Shown: piece by piece, positions 47,665 to 56,268 of the stretch
Position numbering within the stretch: the stretch's first letter is position 1
How the letters are laid out: each line of letters starts with the position of its first letter
NCBI GenBank assembly: GCA_016874535.1
Contig: VGUA01000001.1
Location: 107,188 to 163,455, forward strand
DNA: 56,268 nt
DNA from: Gammaproteobacteria bacterium
GTDB lineage: Bacteria > Pseudomonadota > Gammaproteobacteria > Ga0077536
Reading direction: 5' to 3'
Program-made: the position numbers and the translations under genes
The notes under the pieces: generated by a model
What the model was told of the DNA's origin: nothing
The model's input: the letters and a program-made list of their open reading frames with translations, nothing else
Database searches by the model: none

Positions 47665-48471
47665 ATGGATCCCTCCCGCTATCTGCTCAAACCCGGCTCC
47701 CGGCTCGTGCTGGAAAAACTGCCCACGCGTGATCATTTCGGCATGCCGCAGAAAGCGGAGCGTGTGGCGGCAACCGAGGCGCTCTCGCAGGAAATCGGCC
47801 ACTTGCAACAGCTGCTTTACGCCACCCAGCACCATCGCCTGCTGGTGGTGCTGCAGGGCATGGATACCTCGGGCAAGGATGGCACCATCCGCAGCGTGTT
47901 CGCCGGGGTGGCGCCACTCGGGGTGCGGGCGGTGAACTTCCGCGCGCCCTCGGAAGAGGAACGCGCTCGCGACTATCTCTGGCGTATTCACCAGCACGTG
48001 CCCCGCACCGGTGAAATCGTGCTCTTCAACCGCAGCCCTTACGAGGACGTGCTGGTGGTGCGCGTGCAGGGGCTCGTGAGTGCGAAGGAATGCGTGCAGC
48101 GTTACCACCACATCCGCGAGTTCGAACGCATGCTGGTCGAAACCGGCACCACGCTGGTGAAGATCTTTCTGCACATCTCCAAGGACGAGCAGCGCGAGCG
48201 CCTGCAGGCCCGTATCGACAATCCGGCCAAGCACTGGAAGCTGATGCCTTCTGATCTGGAGGCGCGGCGGCAGTGGGCGGACTACATGGAGGCCTACGAG
48301 GATGCCTTGCGTGAAACCTCCACCCCGCAGGCCCCATGGCATGTGATACCGGCAGACAGCAAAACCACCCGCAACCTGATTGTCGCGACCTTGTTGCGGG
48401 ATTGCCTGGCCGGCCTCTCGATGAACGCGCCTCAACCGACGACCGATTTGAGTGGTCTCATCATCGCCTGA
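47665..48471 (+). CDS. ppk2: Polyphosphate kinase 2 family (class III-like polyphosphate:nucleotide phosphotransferase)
   Basis: LQGMDTSGKDGTI Walker A, FNRSPYEDVL and KIFLHISKDEQ. Confidence 0.9.
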   Translation: MDPSRYLLKPGSRLVLEKLPTRDHFGMPQKAERVAATEALSQEIGHLQQLLYATQHHRLLVVLQGMDTSGKDGTIRSVFAGVAPLGVRAVNFRAPSEEERARDYLWRIHQHVPRTGEIVLFNRSPYEDVLVVRVQGLVSAKECVQRYHHIREFERMLVETGTTLVKIFLHISKDEQRERLQARIDNPAKHWKLMPSDLEARRQWADYMEAYEDALRETSTPQAPWHVIPADSKTTRNLIVATLLRDCLAGLSMNAPQPTTDLSGLIIA

Positions 48472-48674
48472 GGCGTTGGGCACCCGGTTCCTTGCCGCCA
48501 GCGCCCGTGGCGCGACGCTCCTGTGCCGAGCCCGGTAACTTGCCTCCCGGGACCTCCCATCCTCCGACGGATCCGGAAGGGCAGAGCATGTAGAATCGGG
48601 CGCTCCCGTGCGCTCGAAAAACGAGAATGCCCTGGGCACTGCACGCGGGGAGTGCCCAAAGCCCGGAAAACGCC

Positions 48675-49874
48675 ATGATCAGTGCTCCCAGCCTGCCGCG
48701 TATCGGCAGTGTCGTCCTGCTCGCATCCCTTCTCGTTGCGTGTGACCGCGCCCCTGAACCCCCGGCCGGAGGCCCCGCCGGCGCGCCTCCTGTGAGCGTG
48801 GCCGCGGCGGTCACGCGGGAGGTCACCCTTGCGGACGAATATCCCGGCCGCTTCGAGGCGGTGGACGAGGTGGCCATCCGGGCCCGGTTGAACGGCTATC
48901 TCGAATCCGTGCACTTCAAGCCGGGTACCGAGGTTGCCAAGGGAACCCTGCTGTTCCAGATCGACCCGCGACCCTTCAAGGCCCAGCTGGCCGAGGCGCG
49001 CGCGGCGCTCGCCAACACCGAAGCTCAACTTGCCCTGGCCCGCACTGAGAAGAATCGGCAGGCCAAGATGCTCGCCACACGTGCGACCAGTCAGCGTGCG
49101 TTCGACACGGCAGTGGCGCAGGTGCAAACCCTGGAAGCTGCGCGCCAGGCCAATCTCGCCACCATTGAGCGCGCCCGTCTCAATCTTGAATACACGCGCA
49201 TCACTGCGCCCATCGCGGGGCGGGTGGGCAAGGACGAGGTGACTCTCGGCAATCTCGTGCAGGGTGAGGGCCCCGACTCTCCCGTCTTGACCACGCTGGT
49301 CTCGTTGGACCCCATCCGGGTCTCCTTTGAAGCCGATGAGCAGGCCTATCTGCGCTACATCGCAGGCGCCCGCGACGAGGGCCTGGCCGTGGAAGTGGGA
49401 CTCGCCGGTGAAGAGGGTTTCCCGCATCAGGGCACGCTCGAATTCGTGGACAACCAGGTGGCGCTCACCACCGGCACGGTGCGCATGCGGGCGGTGCTGC
49501 CAAATGCGGATCGGCGCTTCACGCCCGGACTTTTCGCCCGCGTGAGGTTGCGCGCAACCACCGGCGCCGAACGCGTGGTGCTGGTGGCGGAACGTGCCAT
49601 CGGCACCGACCAGACCAAGCGTTTCGTGTTGGTGCTGGGCCCGGACAATGTTGCGAACTATCGCGAAGTGACCCTCGGTCGCCAGATGGGCAGCCTGCGG
49701 GTGCTCACCAGCGGACTGAAAGAAGGCGAGCTGGTGGTGGTGAATGGCCTGCAGCGCTTGCGTCCCGGCACGCCCGTGACACCGGAACAGGTGCCGATGG
49801 AGGAATCGACTGCTGATTCGCCGTCAGGGCCGGCAGGGGACGCCAGCGCCAGCAGCACTTCCGCGGGCGGCTGA
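48675..49874 (+). CDS. RND efflux periplasmic adaptor (MexE/OqxA-like lipoprotein)
   Basis: Lipobox LVAC, LFQIDPRPF, YTRITAPIAGRVG and TGTVRMRA. Confidence 0.92.
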   Translation: MISAPSLPRIGSVVLLASLLVACDRAPEPPAGGPAGAPPVSVAAAVTREVTLADEYPGRFEAVDEVAIRARLNGYLESVHFKPGTEVAKGTLLFQIDPRPFKAQLAEARAALANTEAQLALARTEKNRQAKMLATRATSQRAFDTAVAQVQTLEAARQANLATIERARLNLEYTRITAPIAGRVGKDEVTLGNLVQGEGPDSPVLTTLVSLDPIRVSFEADEQAYLRYIAGARDEGLAVEVGLAGEEGFPHQGTLEFVDNQVALTTGTVRMRAVLPNADRRFTPGLFARVRLRATTGAERVVLVAERAIGTDQTKRFVLVLGPDNVANYREVTLGRQMGSLRVLTSGLKEGELVVVNGLQRLRPGTPVTPEQVPMEESTADSPSGPAGDASASSTSAGG

Positions 49875-49879
49875 GCAGC

Positions 49880-52800
49880 ATGAACATCTCGCGCACGTTC
49901 ATCGAACGGCCAATTCTTGCGGGCGTGATGTCCGCGGCGATCTTTCTGGCCGGTCTCATCGCAATCTATGTTCTGCCGGTTTCCGAATACCCGGACGTCG
50001 TACCGCCTTCCGTGGTGGTGACCGCTACCTATCCCGGCGCCAATCCGGAAGTGATTGCCGAGACCGTTGCTGCACCGTTGGAGGAGCAGATCAACGGTGT
50101 GGAGAACATGCTCTACATGTCTTCCATGGCGACCACCGACGGCATCCTGCAGCTCACGGTCACGTTCAAGATTGGGGTGGATCCAGATTTGGCCGAATCC
50201 CAGGTCCAGAACCGGGTGCAGCGCGCGCTCCCGCGCCTGCCGATGGAAGTGCGGCAGTACGGCGTCATCACCAAGAAGCAGTCGCCCAACCTGACCATGG
50301 TGGTGCATCTCATCTCCAGCGACAGTCGCTACGACGAGCTGTATCTGCGCAACTACGCGATGATCAACCTGCGCGATGATCTGCGTCGCCTGGAGGGCAT
50401 GGGCGATGTGGTCATCTTTGGTGGCGGTGATTACGCCATGCGCGTGTGGCTGGATCCGCAAAAGCTTGCCGCCCGTGAACTCACGGCGGGCGACGTGGTG
50501 GCGGCCATCCAGGAGCAGAACCAGCAGGTGGCGGCCGGTGTGATCGGCGCGCAACCCGCGGCCACCAATATCGAATTCCAGCTCTCCGTGAACACGCAGG
50601 GCCGACTCACCACGGAGGAAGAGTTCGGCGAGATCATCGTTGGCACCGCGCCCGATGGCGGCATCCTGCGGCTCCGGGACGTGGCGCGCATCGAACTCGG
50701 CGCGGGTGATTACTCCCTGCGCAGCTATCTCAACAGCAAGCCCGCCGTTGCACTGGGGCTCTTCGAAGCGCCGGGTGCGAATGCCGTCGCGCTGTCGCGC
50801 AACGTGCGCGACCTGATGACCAAGGCCGCCAAGGACTTTCCGCAGGGCGTGGAGTTCCAGGTCATCTACGACCCGCCGCGCTTCGTGCGCAAATCCATCG
50901 AGGCCGTGGTGAAAACCCTGCTGGAGGCTGTGGCGCTGGTGGTTGTGGTGGTCATCGTGTTCCTGAAGACCTGGCGCGCCTCCATCATTCCGCTCATCGC
51001 GGTGCCGGTGTCGATTGTCGGCACATTTGCAGTGATGCTGCTGGCCGGATTTTCCATCAATACGCTGACCCTGTTCGGGCTGGTCTTGTCCATCGGCATC
51101 GTGGTGGACGATGCCATCGTGGTGGTGGAGAACGTCGAGCGCAACATCGAACTCGGCCTGAACCCGGTGGCCGCCACGCGGCGCGCGATGGAGGAAGTTT
51201 CCGGCCCCATCATCGCCATCCTGCTCACCCTGTGCGCGGTGTTCATTCCCATCGCCTTCATCAGCGGCCTGCAGGGACAGTTCTATCGCCAGTTCGCGCT
51301 GACGATTGCGATCTCCGCCGCCATTTCGGCCTTCAGTTCGCTGACCCTGTCGCCAGCACTCGCAGCGGTGCTGCTGCGTTCCCATCACGCGCCCAAGGAT
51401 GCCTTCACGCGCTTCATGGACGCGCTGTTTGGCTGGTTCTTCCGCGGCTTCGATGCGGTATTCCGCGGCGCTGCCCGCCGTTATGTGAGCGCGGTGCGCG
51501 GCATCCTGCGCGGCAAGCTCGTGGTGCTGGCCCTGTATGTCTGCCTGCTGGGCCTGACCTGGGTGTTGTTCCACAAGGTGCCGACGGGCTTTATTCCCAA
51601 TCTGGACAAGCAATACCTGGTGGGCTTCATCCAGCTGCCCGATGGCGCGTCGCTGGAACGCACCGACCGCATCGTGCACAAGGTGACGGACATTGCGCGC
51701 GAGACTCCCGGCGTGGTGGACGTGGTGGCCTTCACCGGGCTTTCGATCAACGGCTTCACCAATTCACCGAATGCGGCGGTGTTCTTCTTTGGCCTCGAGG
51801 ATTTCGAGAAAAGGGAGAGCCCCGAGCTCAAGGGTGGTGCGCTCGCGATGGCGCTCAACCAGCGGCTGGCGGTCATCCAGGATGCCTTCGTTGCGGTGTT
51901 CCCTTCGCCCGCGGTGGATGGTCTTGGTTCCATCGGCGGATTCAAGATGCAGCTGGAAGATCGGGCGGGCCTCGGCAGCAAGGAACTCTATGCCACCTTG
52001 CAGTCCGTGTTGATGCAGGCCTGGCAAAGTCCCGAGATGGCGGGCGTCTTTTCCAGCTACCAGATCAACGTGCCGCAACTTTTTGCCGACGTGGATCGCG
52101 CCAAGGCCAAGCAGATGGGGGTGAGCCTCAACGACGTCTTCGCCACCCTGCAGGTGAATCTCGGCTCCTACTACGTGAACGACTTCAACCGCTTCGGCAA
52201 GACCTACCGCGTAATCGTGCAGGCCGATGCGCCCTTCCGCGAAAGCGCGGAAGACATTCCCGTCCTGAAGACCCGCAACCGCATGGGCGAGATGGTGCCA
52301 CTGGGCGCGCTGGTGAATGTGCAGCAGAGCTTCGGGCCCGATCGCGCGATGCGCTACAACGCCTTTCCGGCGGCGGACATCAACGGCGCCACTGCCCCGG
52401 GGTTCAGCTCCGGCCAGGCCCAGGCCAAGCTGGAGGAACTGGTGCGTGCCAATGCGCCGCGCGGCGTCACCTTCGAGTGGACTGATCTCGTCTATCAGGA
52501 GATTCTCGCCGGCAATACGGCGGTCATCGTGTTTCCCTTGTGTGCGATGCTCGTCTTCCTGGTGCTGGCCGCCCAGTACGAAAGCCTCAAGCTGCCGCTT
52601 GCCATCATCCTCATCGTGCCGCTGTGTCTGCTGTTCGCGGTGACGGGGGTGTATCTCACGGGCGGCGATCGCAACATCTTCACGCAGATTGCGCTCTTCG
52701 TGCTGATGGGGCTGGCCTGCAAGAACGCCATCCTGCTGGTGGAATTCGCGCGGGAATTCGAGATGCGCGAGCCGCTCGCAGGCCCGGTGGTCGCTGCCCT

Positions 52801-53053
52801 GCAGGCCTGCCGCATGCGTCTGCGGCCCATCCTCATGACGTCCATTGCCTTCATCATGGGCGTGGTGCCGCTGGTCACCTCCAGTGGTGCCGGCGCCGAG
52901 ATGCGACACACCATGGGCATTGCCGTGCTGTCCGGCATGATTGGCGTGACGTTCTTCGGCCTTTTCCTGACGCCCGTGTTCTACGTGCTGCTCCATCGCA
53001 AACCGCGGCGCGAGAAGCAGGTGAAGGCAAGCGCCGGGGAGGGCATGACATGA
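49880..53053 (+). CDS. RND efflux permease (HAE1; MexF/OqxB-like)
   Basis: 1057 aa with GIVVDDAIVVVEN, CKNAILLVEFA and RLRPILMTS. Confidence 0.95.
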   Translation: MNISRTFIERPILAGVMSAAIFLAGLIAIYVLPVSEYPDVVPPSVVVTATYPGANPEVIAETVAAPLEEQINGVENMLYMSSMATTDGILQLTVTFKIGVDPDLAESQVQNRVQRALPRLPMEVRQYGVITKKQSPNLTMVVHLISSDSRYDELYLRNYAMINLRDDLRRLEGMGDVVIFGGGDYAMRVWLDPQKLAARELTAGDVVAAIQEQNQQVAAGVIGAQPAATNIEFQLSVNTQGRLTTEEEFGEIIVGTAPDGGILRLRDVARIELGAGDYSLRSYLNSKPAVALGLFEAPGANAVALSRNVRDLMTKAAKDFPQGVEFQVIYDPPRFVRKSIEAVVKTLLEAVALVVVVVIVFLKTWRASIIPLIAVPVSIVGTFAVMLLAGFSINTLTLFGLVLSIGIVVDDAIVVVENVERNIELGLNPVAATRRAMEEVSGPIIAILLTLCAVFIPIAFISGLQGQFYRQFALTIAISAAISAFSSLTLSPALAAVLLRSHHAPKDAFTRFMDALFGWFFRGFDAVFRGAARRYVSAVRGILRGKLVVLALYVCLLGLTWVLFHKVPTGFIPNLDKQYLVGFIQLPDGASLERTDRIVHKVTDIARETPGVVDVVAFTGLSINGFTNSPNAAVFFFGLEDFEKRESPELKGGALAMALNQRLAVIQDAFVAVFPSPAVDGLGSIGGFKMQLEDRAGLGSKELYATLQSVLMQAWQSPEMAGVFSSYQINVPQLFADVDRAKAKQMGVSLNDVFATLQVNLGSYYVNDFNRFGKTYRVIVQADAPFRESAEDIPVLKTRNRMGEMVPLGALVNVQQSFGPDRAMRYNAFPAADINGATAPGFSSGQAQAKLEELVRANAPRGVTFEWTDLVYQEILAGNTAVIVFPLCAMLVFLVLAAQYESLKLPLAIILIVPLCLLFAVTGVYLTGGDRNIFTQIALFVLMGLACKNAILLVEFAREFEMREPLAGPVVAALQACRMRLRPILMTSIAFIMGVVPLVTSSGAGAEMRHTMGIAVLSGMIGVTFFGLFLTPVFYVLLHRKPRREKQVKASAGEGMT

Positions 53054-54483
53054 GCCCACGTCTTGCCTGGCCTTTGCTGCTGATGCTGGGCGGCTGCTCC
53101 TTGGCGCCTGCTCTGCCTGATCCTGCCGTGAACACCCCAGCGGCATGGAAGGAAAGCCCGGCCCAGATTACGGGTGACTGGAAAGTCGCGACGCCGGCCG
53201 ATGACGCCGCCCGTGGGCAGTGGTGGACGGTATTCCGGGATCCGCTGCTCGATGGACTGGTGGCGCGCGCCAGTTCCGGTAACCAGAATCTGCAGGCGGC
53301 ACTCGCAAGACTCGAGCAGTCCCGGGCCCAGGTGCGCGTGGCGAGTGCGCAGCGGTTACCGCGGATCGATCTCGGCGTGGGGGCCTCGCGGATCCAGCCG
53401 AGTGCGGTCATCCTCGATTCCTTCGGGGGCGGTGGGCCCGAGACCCTGGAAGATTACACACAGATCAACACCAGACTCAGCGCAAGCTACGAGCTCGATG
53501 TGTTTGGCCGTGTGCGGGATTCGGTCAAGGCAGCCGAGGCCGATTTCGCGGCCCAGCGCGCACTCTACGAAAGCCTCACCCTGAGTCTGCAGGGCGATGT
53601 CGCCCAGACCTATTTCCTCATCCGCGCGACGGACGAGGAACTGCGGGTGCTGCGGGAGGGCATCAAGCTGCGCGAGGACACCTTGCAGCTGGTGGCGGCG
53701 CGCGTGGCAGCGGGCGATACCGACGATTTCGATCTGGAACGCAGCCGGGCGGAGCTGGAAACCGCACGCGCCGAACTGGAAGCCGTCGCGCGCAGTCGTG
53801 CGGCTTACGAACACGCGCTCGCCGTCTTGTGTGGAGAAACCCCGGCGGCATTCAGTCTGGCGGAAGCGCCCGCCACCCGCGCCCTGCCCGAGATTCCACC
53901 CGGTCTGCCGTCCAGCCTGCTGGAGCGTCGCCCGGATGTGGCGGCAGCCGAGCGCCGCATGATTGCCGCCAATGCGCGCATCGGGGTGGCGAAGGCCGCG
54001 TTTTACCCGCTGATCAACCTTACGGCCAATTTCGGGGTGGAGTCCGGTGGCGTGGGTGAGCTCTTCAAGTGGAGCAGCCGGACCTGGGCCCTTGGCCCCA
54101 TTGCCGGGCCGCTGCTCAGCCTGCCCATTTTTGATGGGGGACGTAACAAGGCCAACCTCGCCTCGGCGGAAGCCAGCTTGGATGCGGAAGTGGCGGTCTA
54201 TCGCCAGACCGTGCTGGATGCCTTCGTCGAAGTGGAGGACAGCCTCTCGGGCCTGCGCACGCTCGCCACCCAGCGCGCGGCGCTGACGCGTGCAGTTGAT
54301 TCAGCGCAAGCCGCGAGCACGATTGCCGAGGCACGCTTCGAGGCTGGGGCGACAGGCCTGCTCGAAGTGCTGGATGCGAGGCGCAACCTGCTGGCAACCC
54401 AGCGCCTGGGCGTGCAGGTGGACGGAGCCCGTGCCGCCACCACGGTGGCTCTGGTGCGTGCGCTGGGGGGGGGCTGGCAATAA
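53050..54483 (+). CDS. RND efflux outer membrane lipoprotein (OprN/NodT-like)
   Basis: ATGA overlap with the permease. Lipobox LGGC, SYELDVFG, LLERRPDVAAAER and ALGGGW. Confidence 0.92.
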   Translation: MSPRLAWPLLLMLGGCSLAPALPDPAVNTPAAWKESPAQITGDWKVATPADDAARGQWWTVFRDPLLDGLVARASSGNQNLQAALARLEQSRAQVRVASAQRLPRIDLGVGASRIQPSAVILDSFGGGGPETLEDYTQINTRLSASYELDVFGRVRDSVKAAEADFAAQRALYESLTLSLQGDVAQTYFLIRATDEELRVLREGIKLREDTLQLVAARVAAGDTDDFDLERSRAELETARAELEAVARSRAAYEHALAVLCGETPAAFSLAEAPATRALPEIPPGLPSSLLERRPDVAAAERRMIAANARIGVAKAAFYPLINLTANFGVESGGVGELFKWSSRTWALGPIAGPLLSLPIFDGGRNKANLASAEASLDAEVAVYRQTVLDAFVEVEDSLSGLRTLATQRAALTRAVDSAQAASTIAEARFEAGATGLLEVLDARRNLLATQRLGVQVDGARAATTVALVRALGGGWQ

Positions 54484-54628
54484 TTTGAACGGGTCCGTGG
54501 CGCCTCGGCCGACAGGACGGCGGAGGCGACCCGGAGGGAAGCTTGCGCGCCGGCAAGGCGAGACTTTCACGTAAGCACCCGGCCCGTTAGGCTGCGGGTC
54601 CGCAGATACCGTGCCGCAGGCAGGAGAC

Positions 54629-55585
54629 ATGACAGCGCGAATTTTCATCGACGGCGAGGCGGGGACCACCGGCCTGCAGATCAAGGATCGCCTTGCGTCC
54701 CGCGAGGACCTCACGCTGGTCAGCATCGCGCCGGAGCGGCGCAAGGATCCGGCGGCGCGCGCGGAGCTGCTCAACAGCGTTGACCTCGTGATGCTCTGCC
54801 TGCCGGACGATGCGGCACGCGAGGCGGTTGCGCTCATCACCAATCCTGCGGTGCGGGTGATCGATGCCAGCACGGCACACCGCACGGCAGCGGGTTGGGA
54901 ATACGGATTTCCGGAGATGGATCGCGGGCAAGCCGCGCGCATTGCCGCGGCCCTTCGTGTGGCCAATCCCGGTTGCTATCCCACCGGAGCCATCGCGCTC
55001 ATCCGTCCGCTGGTGGCGGCCGGCATCCTGCCCGCCGATTTCCCCGTCACGATCAGCGCGGTGTCCGGCTACAGCGGTGGTGGCAAGGCGCTCATCCAGC
55101 GCTATGAGGATCCCGCCTCTGCGGAACCACTCGCCCTGCCGTTCTGGATTTACGGGCTTGGGCTCGAACACAAGCATGTGCCGGAGATCCAGCGTTTCGG
55201 CCTGCTGGAGACGCGTCCCCTGTTCCTGCCTGCGGTGGGACGCTTCGCGCAAGGCATGCTGGTACAACTGCCCTTGCAGCTGCGCGCCTTGCCGGGCAAG
55301 CCCTCCGTGCACGACGTGCATGCCGCACTCGCTGCGGCCTATGCCGGCCAGACCTTTGTCTCGGTCGAACCGCTGGCGGACGGCGCCGCGCTGGAGCGCC
55401 TGGGACCCGAGGGCTTGAACGACACCAATGCGCTGAAGCTCTACTGCTTTGGCAATGAACAACATCATCAGGTGGTGCTCTGTGCGCTGCTGGACAATCT
55501 CGGCAAGGGCGCCTCGGGCGCCGCAGTACAGAACATGAACCTGATGCTGGGCTTGCCCCCCGAGACCGGGCTGCGCGGCGCCTGA
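54629..55585 (+). CDS. argC: N-acetyl-gamma-glutamyl-phosphate reductase (short, type 2)
   Basis: IFIDGEAGTTGLQI, IDASTAHR, ANPGCYPTG, SGYSGGG and DNLGKGASGAAVQN. Confidence 0.93.
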   Translation: MTARIFIDGEAGTTGLQIKDRLASREDLTLVSIAPERRKDPAARAELLNSVDLVMLCLPDDAAREAVALITNPAVRVIDASTAHRTAAGWEYGFPEMDRGQAARIAAALRVANPGCYPTGAIALIRPLVAAGILPADFPVTISAVSGYSGGGKALIQRYEDPASAEPLALPFWIYGLGLEHKHVPEIQRFGLLETRPLFLPAVGRFAQGMLVQLPLQLRALPGKPSVHDVHAALAAAYAGQTFVSVEPLADGAALERLGPEGLNDTNALKLYCFGNEQHHQVVLCALLDNLGKGASGAAVQNMNLMLGLPPETGLRGA

Positions 55586-55608
55586 AACGACCAAGCGAGT
55601 CTGAAGCC

Positions 55609-56268
55609 ATGACCGACTACACCCATTTCTCCGTTCAACCGATCGCCGGCGCCTGCGGCGCCATGATTTCCGGCATCAACCTGCTGGAAAAAGTCAGTGA
55701 CGAGGCGATCGCCGAGCTGCGCGCCGCCTGGCTGGCACACGGCGTCATCTTCTTTCGTGACCAGCCCTTGCCGCCGGCCGATTTTCTGGCCTTCGCCAAC
55801 CGTTTCGGTGAGGTGGTCGAATATCCGTTCGTGAAGGGCATCGATGGCTTTCCGCTGATCATTCCGGTGCTCAAGCTCGAGCATGAGCGCAACAATTTCG
55901 GTGGCATCTGGCACACGGACACGGCGTATCTCAAGACGCCGCCGATGGCGACCATGCTGATCGCCCGCGAGATTCCGCCCTACGGCGGCGACACGCTTTT
56001 TGCCAGCGGCTATGCGGCTTACGAGGCCTTGTCGCCGGGCATGAAAGCGATGCTTGAAACGCTGAAGGGTGTGAACACTTCGGCCAAGGCCGATGTGACC
56101 AAGACCCGTGAAGATCGCATCAAGGATTCAGGATCTGATCAAGGCAAAGCCAAGGAAGAGCTGGTGTCCGCGCATCCGGTGGTGCGCACGCATCCGGAAA
56201 CGGGGCGCAAGAGCCTGTATGTGAATTTCGGCCATACCGCGCGCTTTGCCGGCATGACCGAGGAGGAG
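55609..56268 (+). CDS. TauD/TfdA family dioxygenase; 3' end runs off the window
   Basis: Manual translation gives MTDYTHFSVQPIAGACGAMISG...HGVIFFRDQ...WHTD...GGDTLFAS...HPVVRTHPETGRKSLYVN. Confidence 0.9.
   Translation, partial: MTDYTHFSVQPIAGACGAMISGINLLEKVSDEAIAELRAAWLAHGVIFFRDQPLPPADFLAFANRFGEVVEYPFVKGIDGFPLIIPVLKLEHERNNFGGIWHTDTAYLKTPPMATMLIAREIPPYGGDTLFASGYAAYEALSPGMKAMLETLKGVNTSAKADVTKTREDRIKDSGSDQGKAKEELVSAHPVVRTHPETGRKSLYVNFGHTARFAGMTEEE

Noticed and set aside
49658-53146. Long minus-strand ORFs (673 aa and 460 aa) opposite the RND permease, and likewise 24438-26204 opposite hydantoinase B
   Set aside because: Antisense shadows of well-supported genes.

Overview
GC-rich bacterial window. 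The rpsU-yqeY-dnaG-rpoD-tRNA-Ile(CAT) and tsaD-plsY-folB-folK...cca-slt synteny points to a gammaproteobacterium. The right half (29.8-56.3 kb) is mostly core genome: rpoD, dnaG, rpsU, tsaD, plsY, folate genes, msrA, cca, slt, hemH, ppk2, a MexEF-OprN-type RND pump, argC and a partial TauD-family gene. The left half (1-29.8 kb) lies downstream of the tRNA 3' end and looks accessory, with four parts. (i) An amide/amine catabolic cluster: two N,N-dimethylformamidase-like large subunits, three small-subunit-like ORFs, three different glutamine-synthetase-like ligases, a PhyH dioxygenase and a class I GATase. (ii) A 4.8-kb array of unrelated genes separated by clusters of a ~28-bp hairpin repeat (GGAAAT[G/T]GGTGAC-A-GTTACCCTATTTCC). 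Three half-repeats break at the same GTGAC position and overlap cargo stop codons, which suggests a REP/REPIN-delimited, cassette-like gene-capture array. This is the best candidate for an undescribed system. (iii) An 8.3-kb GntR/hydantoinase/aminotransferase module bounded by a 49-bp direct repeat of the 3' end of a SprT-DUF2786 fusion gene. (iv) A decayed HTH-PIN toxin-antitoxin pair next to the tRNA. No integrase or transposase is visible in the window. All calls come from manual motif and family recognition; no database searches were run.
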